Source: Thermococcus sp. JdFR-02 (lineage in GTDB: Archaea > Methanobacteriota_B > Thermococci > Thermococcales > Thermococcaceae). From it: 64,000 nucleotides of DNA. The translations under genes were made by a program, and so were the position numbers. Shown here piece after piece: positions 63,799-64,000 of this stretch (within the stretch, counting starts at the first letter, position 1; each line of letters opens with the position of its first letter). The notes under the pieces are model-generated. The model ran no database searches and was not told the origin of the DNA. It worked only from the letters and a program-made list of their open reading frames with translations. The stretch covers positions 71,396-135,395 of the forward strand of contig MTLP01000009.1 in assembly GCA_002009975.1 (NCBI GenBank), given 5' to 3'.

Positions 63799-63830
63799 TT
63801 TCTATGGGGGGGCGTTTTTCTGACATTTCT

Positions 63831-64000
63831 TTTTTAATTCTTCTAAAGTCTTATTGGAACTTTGCCCCGCTTGGACCTTCGACTGTGAAGGTTTTCTCAT
63901 TTCAATTCTCTTAGAGTCTTATTGGAACGATTTATGGCTTGCTTCTTTTGTTCATAGGTGTTAGTTATTTCAATTCTCTTAGAGTCTTATTGGAACAAGC
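63831..64000 (-). CRISPR. CRISPR array, trailer end (continues beyond window)
   Basis: 30-bp repeat ATTTCAATTCTCTTAGAGTCTTATTGGAAC at 63899-63928 and 63967-63996; degenerate copy (5 mismatches) at 63831-63860; two 38-bp spacers; minus-strand repeat GTTCCAATAAGAC...ATTGAAAT. Confidence 0.95.

Noticed and set aside
63929-63966. Loose resemblance of spacer 2 to the endA 5' region (self-targeting)
   Set aside because: Only scattered A-rich matches, no contiguous protospacer

Overview
AT-rich archaeal chromosomal window from a Thermococcales organism (GGTGA/GGAGG RBSs, BRE-TATA promoters, archaeosine TGT, aRF1, HerA-Mre11-Rad50-NurA operon, rps15-GAN-pcc-rps3ae cluster). Most of it is housekeeping. 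Non-coding features read from the sequence: initiator tRNA-Met, four box C/D guide sRNAs, a solo TnpB (IS200/IS605-family) element with a structured 3' RNA, and the trailer end of a CRISPR array. The most unusual region is an AT-rich surface locus at about 29.4-37.9 kb. It has two tandem 59-aa class III (Q+1/E+5) pilins that are nucleotide-identical except for an 11-codon variable block, and each has its own promoter preceded by the same 12-bp semi-palindrome. A divergent HTH gene lies upstream, and three convergent GT-C-type membrane glycosyltransferases lie downstream, two of which share an exact 59-nt tract. A pilin-lamin-tail fusion lies 4 kb away. A 21-bp duplication enclosing a 125-bp insert and a 49-aa uORF interrupts the GAN-pcc junction. 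Product calls rest on motif recognition only; no searches were run.
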